A stretch of 63,870 bases of DNA, filler included, from Stramenopiles sp. TOSAG23-2 (Eukaryota): assembly GCA_900128395.1 (NCBI GenBank). It is 10 parts of 10 records of this genome, joined end to end, with 100 filler letters (N's around TTAATTAATTAA, not from the genome) between each part and the next. Parts side by side here need not be neighbours in the genome. Positions count along the whole stretch, not along the records: positions 44,812 to 51,099 come from LT650488.1; positions 51,200 to 57,485 come from LT650489.1; 8 more parts are not named here. One strand, 5' to 3'. Under the pieces are notes generated by a model. It was not told where the DNA came from. It saw only the letters and a list, made by a program, of their open reading frames with translations, and made no database searches. The translations under genes were made by a program, and so were the position numbers. Numbering within the stretch: the stretch's first letter is position 1; each line of letters opens with the position of its first letter. Positions 47,141-57,585 of the stretch are shown here, piece after piece.

Positions 47141-47241
47141 AATAATCAACCAAATTCATCATCATCCACAGCCTGTCGACGTAGCAGATGTAGTTAATGG
47201 TAAGAACAATCAACCAAATTCATCACCATCCACAGCCTGTC
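47114..47241. repeat. 64-bp tandem duplication
   Basis: gacgtagcagatgtagttaatgg... at 47114 and 47178. Confidence 0.85.
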
Positions 47242-48906
47242 GTCTTGTTCATACTTTATAGTATATGTTTTGTTATTTTAATTTATTCTAGATTTATATT
47301 ACCTGGTAATGTGCTAATAACCCCTTTTTTATAATATCTGCATTTCAAAAATGTCGTTGATATTGGAGTTTACAACATACATTGTCATTTAGAAATCTTA
47401 ATCCATTTATAAGTATATCAATTTTTTTCCCTTTGAACTTGTTTTTTACAGTAAATGTCATATAACTTGGATCATAACTTTTCACTATCCAAATTCCATC
47501 ATTATCATTGAATTCAATACCTTTTAGTTCACCAGGTTCCACTAATGCTACTTGCTCTGTTAAAGATATATTTCCCGCTTGCTTCCATTTTGCATGTTCT
47601 AGTCTATAAAATTCCTTGTATTTTTCTATATCTAGACGATAACAATATTTTTGCTTGAATGATAACATTCAAATTCTGCAAATTATATAATTATCGGATA
47701 TCATAAAAAGGAAAGCAAACTGTAGTTGTCTAGTGGCATGGATGGTCACGAGCCTGAAGATATTGATTTTGGAGCAAGTAGGTATTCACCATTGGTAGAT
47801 GAAACAAAACAATAAAATCATCATTAGCAGTTACTAGATGTGCAACTACTTGTTTTGCAGTAACAGTATATTCTAGTAACATGGACATGTCACAAGTAAA
47901 AAAAATTTTAAGAAGTAAATAAAAAGTAATAGTTCATGTGTATAGCTAGATTATCAAAGTAATTCTATCCTATACTATCCCAACCTTCACCTTCCATCTA
48001 TCTATTAAGGAAACAGCTGTCCTATTAGTTAGAAAGTTAAAGGCATATAGCAAATTTTCAGATTCATTGTGTATTTTGTTCAGATTTTAGACAAATATAA
48101 TTTTCTTAAATTCTGCACAATATATATTTGTTGGTTCTCCAGCAAGCAAGTTTAGGCAAGTTTTTTTCTGTCATCATAGTATAGGGACACACAAAATGTA
48201 AATGTACGTGTTAGGATTAGGGTTTCTTATAGATGAATACCAGGAACACAACATTAACAATATAAAAAGATGCTACAATGATGTGCCACCGCATTGCCAA
48301 CCACCAGCCGGGCCAGCCAAAAAACAAAACCACAAATTAAAATAATAGAATAATTTTCATCTATTTCTTTAATAAGGTAGGATACTGCCTTGAAACATCC
48401 GAAAACAAGTTTTACAAATGAAAAATATTCGCGAAAAGGCCTCCAAAAGCAAGAAAATTATAAAATTCTGAAAATATAAATTTTTCCAAAATAATTATTT
48501 AAACATAATTTTCGATATTTTTCCTATCAATTTATACTAATATTGTATACTTTTATAATTATATATCATTAATGATAGAATTAGGTTTAAATTACCGTAA
48601 CCAGATAGAAAATAGTATTTATAATGGATAATAATGGGAGGATATAGTTCCATATTTTAAACATTTTCTAATAAAATAGTCAAAAACGTCATTTATTTTG
48701 GTACAGAATATCATTACATATTTAAAATATCCGAAATATGTGTCCCATATCGGTCCACACAGAGCCGGCTAATGCTATCTCACACTAAAGATAGACATTA
48801 GGGTATGGAAAATACCAAAAAAAGCTCCATATAGCAAGTACACAGCATGGTCCCAATGGCACATAAAATAGTTCGACAGCTTTTTAAGGTGATGTAGAGA
48901 GTTGAG

Positions 48907-49055
48907 AAGAAGTGCAAGACGGAAGTAGTAATAATACTAGTATATTATTAATTATACAAGGATGCATACCAGCATATCTTTTCAAGAAGTGCAAGACGGA
49001 AGTAGAGTAATATATATTATTAATTATACAAGGATGCATACCAGCATATCTTTTC
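48907..49055. repeat. ~77 bp tandem duplication
   Basis: aagaagtgcaagacggaagtag... at 48907 and 48984. Confidence 0.85.
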
Positions 49056-49410
49056 AGTATAGCAACACAAATATTTTATTTGCAACAATATGCATACTAT
49101 TCATGTTTGAAACCCATTGTTTTAATTTTATATATAAACATGTCAAACAACTATTACACCAAAAGTAGTAGCACGATCAAACAAGTAGGGTTTGTCTTGA
49201 CCTTTCGAAAGGAAAAAAAGAATAATATTCCATGGATGTTGGATTGCCAAGAAGATGAAATAAAATTAGAAGATTTTATCATCAACGAATCAAACTCCTT
49301 ATCTCCTAATGCTGATGATGGTGAAGTATTTTTCGTGGTAATGTATTATTGTTATATATATATAAAATGTTTATAAAATGTTCTCTTACTAATATCTTAT
49401 ATAAATTTCT

Positions 49411-50100
49411 TTTACTCCCGGACATTAACATCTCAAATCAAAAATGATTTAAATACTCATTTAAATATATATTAATATGTTAAAATGTATATATATATAT
49501 ATATGTATAAAAAATTCTCTTATTTATAAATGATATAATTTAAAGATTTTATTTACTCATAAATATATATAATATGCATATACATATATATATGTAAACA
49601 CTAAAAACTAATATATATATATATTTATTTATTTTTGTTATAAAAGCTTTTTTTTTTTTTTTTTTTTATAAAATATATTTTTAATTATTTAATACAACCA
49701 TTATAAATTAAAACATACGCTGTTTAAATTAGAAAATCAAACAAAATATATCAGCTTTTAAACATGCTTCTACATATCGAATTAATTGAAACATTACCGT
49801 GTGGAACCATTTCTAACAACGTATCAAAAACAAAGAACGACAAATAGATCTTCTAAATATTATTTTACTTTGATATGACGAAAATTTATTTTTGTACTAA
49901 ATGATAATTTCAAAAAAGCATTATCACTCAGTGACTTTCAAAATGTTATAAATATATAAATCATATCTACTAAACAATAAATATATACTCGCAGGAATAC
50001 TTGTACAAAACAAACTATCCCTTTGGTATATATTAATAAATATCCCTTCGTACCATCCAAATACGTTTTTTCTACATATAATGTGTGATAAATATAAATA
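49411..50100 (+). repeat. Dispersed repeat family B (longest copy)
   Basis: Segments recur at 57347-57389, 52146-52273, 52324-52376 (inverted), 59164-59530 and 57730-57790 (inverted). Confidence 0.75.
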
Positions 50101-51239
50101 CTGTATATATGTATGTATGTGTGTCTGTATCTTATCTATTTATCTTCATGTATATATATATATAGCTAGCTACTGTGTGTGACGACAACAATGGAAGAAG
50201 AAAATCTTTTAGGCAGAGGAGGAGAAGAGGACGACTAGCACACTGGCACATGGCACACCTGGCCTTAGCTGGCACACTATTATTTTATTATTACAACAAT
50301 CATTTTGCTTATTATTTCTGGATGCGGTGGTGGTACGTCCCTTCTAAATTCTGGATGCGGTGGTACTTCCCTGCTAAAGACATTACAGCCACACAGCACT
50401 AAATCGAAGTCTTTGATTTCTTTCATAAATTTAAGGATTTTTTTTGTGGTAATTTGTAATTTATAAACATTAGTCTTTACAATTGTTTAGAGTTATTATT
50501 TGAATTATGAAAATGGAAAAAAGTATATTTTTAATAAAATTGGAATAATTGACTTTTAAGAAATAGTAAATTGCCATTATATCATTTTTTCAAAACCTTC
50601 AAATGTAAGCAAAATTATTTTCAATCCGTTTAGTCTACAGCGACATACAAATTTTATCCCTATAAGAGTCAAAAAAATAAGAAAAAAAAAACTTTGGTTG
50701 AAAAAATTCTTATTTTAGATTTTGATACTGATAAAAGTTGTATATAGCAATATACTAAATTTTTGAAAAAAATTCTGCTGACATCAACAGTCTAATTCTA
50801 TGGCGAGTTTGGAAAAAACCAAGAAAAATTTCCGGATTTATTGTTTTATCTAGGGTTATTGTGTATAGTAAGAAGTATAAATAAGACAAATTTACACAAA
50901 TTTGAAAAAATCGTAGTATCATCTCTCAAGTACAAAAAATACCTAATCTGGCCTATCAAATATATCAAACACTACAAATCTACTGAGTATATGAAAAGGA
51001 CTACATTAAGTATAAATATGATAGGAAATGAAAAACAGAAAACATGGCAGAAAAACACAATTTTCAAGAGTAAAATGTTGAAAGGCCTGTGTCCATGCTN
51101 NNNNNNNNNNNNNNNNNNNNNNNNNNNNNNNNNNNNNNNNNNNTTAATTAATTAANNNNNNNNNNNNNNNNNNNNNNNNNNNNNNNNNNNNNNNNNNNNA
51201 CTACCTCTTTACTTTCATCCATAGTTTTATGTCGTTAAA

Positions 51240-51776
51240 ATGGAAGAATCAAGTAAATTTTTAAAAGACAGAGAATTAAGGCGAGGGAAAATATTAACTT
51301 ATTTTGATACACAGCCAAAAAAAATATCAATGGATTATGTTTATTGGAACAGGGCTATACTTAAGTTTGCTCAAGAATCTCCCTTTTATCAAACGAGGAT
51401 TCCATCCATTCCCACCCCTTTAAAATGTTCTAGCAAGGTCTCCAAAAAACGCAAACGTGGCGTGAAAGACTTACAAGATAGAATACGGAATTCTCATGCG
51501 GTAATCCCACGTAAACTTTTGAAAGTCGCTGGGTTTTTAAGAACTAACTCAACCTCCCTTGATATGAATGGAGGAGAAAATCTGTTCGATACTGCAGCGT
51601 TAGAAGATTTATTTCCAACTACTAGTCATGACAAAAATCGTTCTGATTCGTTTCAAGAAGGTCAAGAGGATATTGTCAATGCAAATAACCCGGATGAAGA
51701 TGGGGACGAAATTGATGTAGATGCTGGCGATTATACTAGAAACTATAATGAATCTGATGATGAAGGCGGTTCATAG
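51240..51776 (+). CDS. RNA polymerase III subunit RPC7/C31-like (possibly 5' partial)
   Basis: ESPFY motif and acidic C-terminus ending D.GDY..NY..SDDE. Confidence 0.5.
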   Translation: MEESSKFLKDRELRRGKILTYFDTQPKKISMDYVYWNRAILKFAQESPFYQTRIPSIPTPLKCSSKVSKKRKRGVKDLQDRIRNSHAVIPRKLLKVAGFLRTNSTSLDMNGGENLFDTAALEDLFPTTSHDKNRSDSFQEGQEDIVNANNPDEDGDEIDVDAGDYTRNYNESDDEGGS

Positions 51777-52417
51777 TGTGCGTCAACAATTATTTTTATT
51801 ATAGGCCTCAGTTATTGCATTCTTTTGAAGAGTAAGAATTATCATATATATATATATAATAAAGTGTGTAAAATTAAAAAATAAATGTTATGCTTAAATT
51901 TTGTTCTTTCACAGGGCTTTCCGGATTGGTTATGGTGATATATCTTTCCCTTTCACTTTATGACAATACTATAATACTATTATAATAATAGTATTCAACA
52001 TTTATGATATGATATGCATATGATATGATATGATAGTAGTCACTTACGATTATATTTTTATAAAAATACGAGTATAAAAAATTCTATTACTTATAAATTT
52101 AATACGAAGGCTTCGTATATATTTTATTATACACATTATATATAAAAATTTCTCTTATTTATAATTTAAAGACTTTATTTACTCATAAATATATATAATA
52201 CGTATATATATATACCATCATTATATACTTCGTATGATATTATATATGCATATATACATGTAAACACTAAAAACGATGAATATGATACTTATATAATATA
52301 TATATATGTGGTGTAATATGATACATTTATGAGTAAATAAAATCTTTAAAACACTATAAATATCATAAGAGAATTTCTTAAATTACACACACACATATAT
52401 ATATATGATATATATAT

Positions 52418-55336
52418 CTAATGTATGTGATAAAGTTTTTTTGCAGTAGCAAAATCTTGTGTTTCTCCATCGTGAAATAATGACGGTTGATATTTATCAT
52501 CCATAGTACGAATTTTTGAGTTAAATTGCCGTTTAATCATATTTCTCTTTCCCTGTTGATTTGCATAACAAACATCAACAACTTTTGCACTTCTAGATTG
52601 TTGAATAAGTGTTGCCCATGGTCGTCCATGATACATAGTATAAAAATCTTTCACTATGTCAACGCTCAAAAAGTTTATAAAACAGTATCCAACATTATAA
52701 TCTGTTTTAAAATCTACTGGTAAGTAAAAATAATCATATTTTCTTTTAAAATGAAGATCTAAAAATTCTAACATGTGTTTTTTTGTCAGGCGATTTGGTA
52801 TATTCTTCATGCACAAAGTGCAACGCGTATCTACACCGTTGTTAATGCTATTCAAAATCACTTTGTTGTTGTTTTTACCACCATTTTTCCCATTCTTTCT
52901 ATCATCATATTTGCCTTTTTTATCTTGAGATCTTTTATTTATATTGAAATTATGCCTTCCATGATGACGCGGTTTTCCGCTGGAAAGATTGTTTTTCCTA
53001 TTATTATTATTATAATTATTATAATTATTGTTCGTACCATTAGTAGTGTTATTTTGATAACGGTGATGATCTTTCATTCCATTTTCCAATTGGTGGTTGT
53101 AGTGAAGAGAATTAGCATAAACTTGTTGAGGATGAAAGTTTTGTTGGTGATAATTGTAGGTTGCATGCTGTTGCTGGTGATGGCTGTGGTGAGTATGTTG
53201 TTGTTGCTGCTGCTCGTGAAGGTGTCGACTTTTCCCTAAATTGCTTTCCTGTAAATTCAAGTTATATTTCAAAGCTGTTCCAGATAACGAGACGTTATTG
53301 AATGCAGCAGGATCAAAACAAGCTATTGATAGATTATCATTGTAACCCATCATTTGAAGGTTTGTACCATTTCCGATCATATGTACAGATGCAGCCGCTA
53401 CCGGTGTCATCTCATATGTATGCTGCTGGTTTAAGTTAGCACCAGTTATATCACAATGAGGATATTTTTGCCCAAAATAATTATTTTCAGATGGAAAGAA
53501 CTTTTTTGCAACGGTTGGGTTTTGATTTTTTATTGCAAAATTGGCTTCATTGGTATCGTCATTTGTATCAACTCCATAGGCATGATTCTTATTGCTATGT
53601 TTATCACTTGAGATGCTACTTCTACCATTTGTATTAGAGTTCTTGCCATCGTTATTTTGGTTACTTTTTTTTTTAAATTCTTTCTCACTACTGTCATCCG
53701 CGGAAATTTTTGCTCTTTGTAATTTATTAAGAGCAATTTGCTTTGTATCTGACCCAACAGCTTCCCTCGTATGATTATTAGTAATAGTGCTCCCTGTCGA
53801 TGGTAATGGTGCAATACCAGTTACTGATGTAGAGATATTCGAATCTTTACTTAATGTCGTGAAGTTACTATTAGGCGCGCGCGCTCCATGCATCGTATTT
53901 TCATAATTATCCGAATTTATTTCTTGCATTGCCGTTGTGCACCATTGTAACATAAATTCATCACTATTGCATTTTAATGACAGTTCCTCGACTAAATGGG
54001 TAAACAAAAACATCGTTTTCAATGATGTGGTGGTAGGGCGTACAAAATTACGACTTACAACTTTCATGTTCCCAATTAAAAACGGTATAAATGTCAAGGC
54101 GCGGTCTGCTGCTCTAGTATCGGTAAATTGTACTAAATATTGTTTTGTATCATTGAAAGATGGATCGTCTTCAAGCTCGGATGAATTTACTTTATGAACA
54201 CTTGTTTGCCGTTTTAATTCTTTAGGGAAACATGACATTGGGCCATAAATCGAAAATGCTTTGTGAAGCATTTGCTCTACACCATTAAATGTGCTGTTTG
54301 ATGCTTTCAATTTGACTGATATTGCCCCGTCATTCCACTCTTTATAAACTGCGTGCGTTGGAATGCATGAAAATGCAAACATTTCGCCGACAAACGAAGT
54401 GCAATCCAACACTCCACCATCCTGCCATCCTAAGCCTTTTCGTTTGATAGTACTCAACCCAGTTGACTTTGCCTTTCTAATGAAGTTGTGTCCATGTACT
54501 TGTTCTTGCATTTCCTTTGCGTGGGAAATGTCAAAATATGTTATTAAAACCATAGGACATTTTGGCAAGTAGCTTTTAAAACTTCGTATTGGAAAATTAT
54601 TGCATTTACTGAAAAATTGTAATAATTCATTTTTCGTGAAATTACGATTAAGATTACAAATTAAAATGCTGCGACTAGTTCCCTGTTTAAGTAAAAATTG
54701 ATATTTGGTAGGATGTACCGCTTGGTATGTCAATTTTTCCAAGTCGCTTTCAGCAATTTTTTCATAACTTTTTGAAAATGACATTAGAAGAGAATCACTT
54801 TTCACTTTATTTGTTTTGGACCCCGAAAAAGGTCCATTCTCTTCCACCCTAGGTTGTAAACTTTTACTATTTGACCATGCAATATGTGTACTCTGCTGCA
54901 AATCCCAATCGTTCCAAGTGCGATGGCGATTCCCCTTTTTTAAACTAATGCAATTTGGATCGGACGTCCCAGCAGTTATGGGTACTTTTCGAAGTATTGA
55001 CCCATCGAGTTGGGCACTTTCGCTGCTAGTATCCACATTGCCATCTTGGTTCTGGCCATTCTGGCCTGATCTTACTGTCGTGTTCGGTCCTTGCTCTATT
55101 ATTGTTATTGTTGGGTCACTTTTATTTATTTCTAATAGTTTTGTCACTTTACTAATAATTTTTTTCCTGTGAAATGAATTCTTAATTCCAAAGTCGAGCC
55201 ACTCTTGATCTTTCAGCTTAACTAACAAAGCTCCATCAAGATCTTCTTTTATGACTAGACCTGTATATTGCTCACAACCAATTGTAGAAAACCATTTTGC
55301 AACGTGTTCTGTCGTCCAATCTTGAATATGACTCAT
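52418..55336 (-). CDS. Mei2-like RNA-binding protein with N-terminal SAM domain
   Basis: SAM (W...VAKW...IG..QY......DG..L......LD.GI....HRKKI); degenerate RRMs; Mei2 RRM3 (D.R.TL.MKNIPN...YDYFYLP.DF....NVGY.FINF). Confidence 0.85.
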   Translation of the reverse strand: MSHIQDWTTEHVAKWFSTIGCEQYTGLVIKEDLDGALLVKLKDQEWLDFGIKNSFHRKKIISKVTKLLEINKSDPTITIIEQGPNTTVRSGQNGQNQDGNVDTSSESAQLDGSILRKVPITAGTSDPNCISLKKGNRHRTWNDWDLQQSTHIAWSNSKSLQPRVEENGPFSGSKTNKVKSDSLLMSFSKSYEKIAESDLEKLTYQAVHPTKYQFLLKQGTSRSILICNLNRNFTKNELLQFFSKCNNFPIRSFKSYLPKCPMVLITYFDISHAKEMQEQVHGHNFIRKAKSTGLSTIKRKGLGWQDGGVLDCTSFVGEMFAFSCIPTHAVYKEWNDGAISVKLKASNSTFNGVEQMLHKAFSIYGPMSCFPKELKRQTSVHKVNSSELEDDPSFNDTKQYLVQFTDTRAADRALTFIPFLIGNMKVVSRNFVRPTTTSLKTMFLFTHLVEELSLKCNSDEFMLQWCTTAMQEINSDNYENTMHGARAPNSNFTTLSKDSNISTSVTGIAPLPSTGSTITNNHTREAVGSDTKQIALNKLQRAKISADDSSEKEFKKKSNQNNDGKNSNTNGRSSISSDKHSNKNHAYGVDTNDDTNEANFAIKNQNPTVAKKFFPSENNYFGQKYPHCDITGANLNQQHTYEMTPVAAASVHMIGNGTNLQMMGYNDNLSIACFDPAAFNNVSLSGTALKYNLNLQESNLGKSRHLHEQQQQQHTHHSHHQQQHATYNYHQQNFHPQQVYANSLHYNHQLENGMKDHHRYQNNTTNGTNNNYNNYNNNNRKNNLSSGKPRHHGRHNFNINKRSQDKKGKYDDRKNGKNGGKNNNKVILNSINNGVDTRCTLCMKNIPNRLTKKHMLEFLDLHFKRKYDYFYLPVDFKTDYNVGYCFINFLSVDIVKDFYTMYHGRPWATLIQQSRSAKVVDVCYANQQGKRNMIKRQFNSKIRTMDDKYQPSLFHDGETQDFATAKKLYHIH

Positions 55337-56192
55337 ATTGGTTTCACTCTAATTCTGTCTCTTTCTCCTTCTATGCAATTATTGTTATTATTATTTGAAA
55401 AAAAAGTAGGAAAAGAGATTCAGTATGCCCCTCTTCACATAATTTATTACAAATGTTTTGACTAATAAATTAATACTTTGACCAATAGACATATATATAT
55501 TGTACACTACCAGGTATTTATATTACATGTAAATATTTATTGGATCCAAGCCGGCAAGCCCAGGCAAGCTGGCAAGCCTTACTGGTTAGCCCTGGTTAGC
55601 AAGGAGGAAGGAGCCCGGATTAGAGGATGATTATTAGATCGCATTCTGGCATTCTAATTCTCGCTTTGCACCTCTGTGCCGGGCTGGCACGCTGGCACCC
55701 CCCTCAAAACCGTGTCAACACTGCGCACTAACAAATTAACACTATTCACTATGGGAAATATATATATATATCATTTTCAAAATGCCAATTTTATTTTTCA
55801 TATATTTGTAAAAATAGCAAATATCCGAAAATATAGAAACAATGATGAATATTTCCCCACGTTTTTGATTTTTTCTCCCTTGCCTTTTACTTTAGCCGGC
55901 CAGATTTAATACCACCAGTATAGAGTGGTACATGTACTGTATGGTCACTCCAGCACTCCAGCACTCCAGCACTCTCCTCTCTCCTCTACAGTACAGTATA
56001 GGATATCCATGCAAGCCCTATATAATAAGGCAAGCCCAGCAAGCGCAGCAGAGTCTATAATACAGATTGTCCGGGTCTTATATATATATATATCTACTTT
56101 ATTTTTATCTGACGACTCCATGTACACGACTTTACCTTGTATCTATATCTACGTATATACTACAAACAGAGAAAAGATCTAAATATCTAATA

Positions 56193-56900
56193 ATGAAAAG
56201 GAAAATCAAGGATGTAGATACTATGATGGAAAGTCATGAAAAAATTGAAAATAATATAAGTACGAATACAAAAACAAATGTACATGACAATAATAATAAA
56301 GATAATGGGAATAGTAATAACAATGATAGTAATGGCGATGGAAAGAAATTGTCTAAAAAGAAGAAGAAACGTAAGAATACAATATTGCCACGAAATATAG
56401 AAGAATTAGAATCCTTCTCAAGGAAAGATTTGGGGAAATACTGCAAAGCATATATCAAAGCTATGCTTGAAAGATGGGAGAATGAGTTATTAGCTCGTCC
56501 ACCAGAGGTTAAAAACTCTGGACAGGGCCGTGCAGCTACTCGGCAGTTTAAAGAATGTAAAAATAGCATGAAACAATTTTTCAAAGGCTGTAAAGCTGAA
56601 TCCATACATATAGATGTTGTTGGGGGTGTCAGTAAAATAGTTCTTTTTTTGCAAACAAGAGAATATGTAAAAGCACATGATCAGTATATGTTAATGGCAA
56701 TTGGCAATGCACCATGGCCAATTGGAGTAACTGCTGTTGGTATTCACGATCGTACTGGTAGGGAAAGAATTGGATCAAATAAAATTGCACATATTATGGA
56801 TGATGAAGGGACAAGAAAATCTCTTAATGCTATAAAAAGAATTTTGACTTATTGCCAAAAAGTTTTTCCAACTGATCCGAGCAAAATGGTATTCAACTAA
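56193..56900 (+). CDS. PRPF18: Pre-mRNA splicing factor Prp18
   Basis: Y..MAIGNAPWPIGVT.VGIH.R.GRE.I....AH.M.DE..RK signature. Confidence 0.93.
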   Translation: MKRKIKDVDTMMESHEKIENNISTNTKTNVHDNNNKDNGNSNNNDSNGDGKKLSKKKKKRKNTILPRNIEELESFSRKDLGKYCKAYIKAMLERWENELLARPPEVKNSGQGRAATRQFKECKNSMKQFFKGCKAESIHIDVVGGVSKIVLFLQTREYVKAHDQYMLMAIGNAPWPIGVTAVGIHDRTGRERIGSNKIAHIMDDEGTRKSLNAIKRILTYCQKVFPTDPSKMVFN

Positions 56901-57585
56901 GAATATTTTCTCTCTATATTTTATGTGTCATACTTTATTTTTAAAATATGCATATGATATATATATATACGGTATATTAAAATATACATCATGATGACCC
57001 GGACAAATCAATATACTTGAGGGGGAAATACAGTGTGAACATAATTAAAAAATTAATATACGACTTCACCATTGTGTCATTTCACTTTCTGTTGATCAAA
57101 ATAAATATTATTTACGTATATATATGATGTGCGTATAAAATCACCATCGCAACCTTATAAAAATGACTCAATTCACACAGAGCGCGCGTTTATCGCATCT
57201 TGTTTGGTTTTTAATAAATTATTACGAACCGTATAATTTTAATTTTTATCATACGCGCATAATTTATTTTTTATCATATTTAATATGTACTCTTACACAT
57301 ATATGATATATGTTTTTTTCTCTTACTCATATGTTATATAAAATTTTTTTACTCCCGTTTATTAACATCTCAAATCAAAAATGATTTATAAATTTTAGTA
57401 AAAATTATTTAGTATTCAAAAGATGTTTCCTCTGTCTGTGATTCAGAGCTAAATGAAAGAGGTCCTCCTTCATAAAGTTGTAAATNNNNNNNNNNNNNNN
57501 NNNNNNNNNNNNNNNNNNNNNNNNNNNNNTTAATTAATTAANNNNNNNNNNNNNNNNNNNNNNNNNNNNNNNNNNNNNNNNNNNN

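Noticed and set aside
47345-47668. 107-aa ORF
   Set aside because: Coding-like but no recognisable family and in a degraded region; cannot support a call.
6305-57585. Regularly spaced TTAATTAATTAA motif flanked by Ns every ~6.4 kb
   Set aside because: Artificial concatenation linker between length-sorted contigs; neither a biological repeat nor a CRISPR array.
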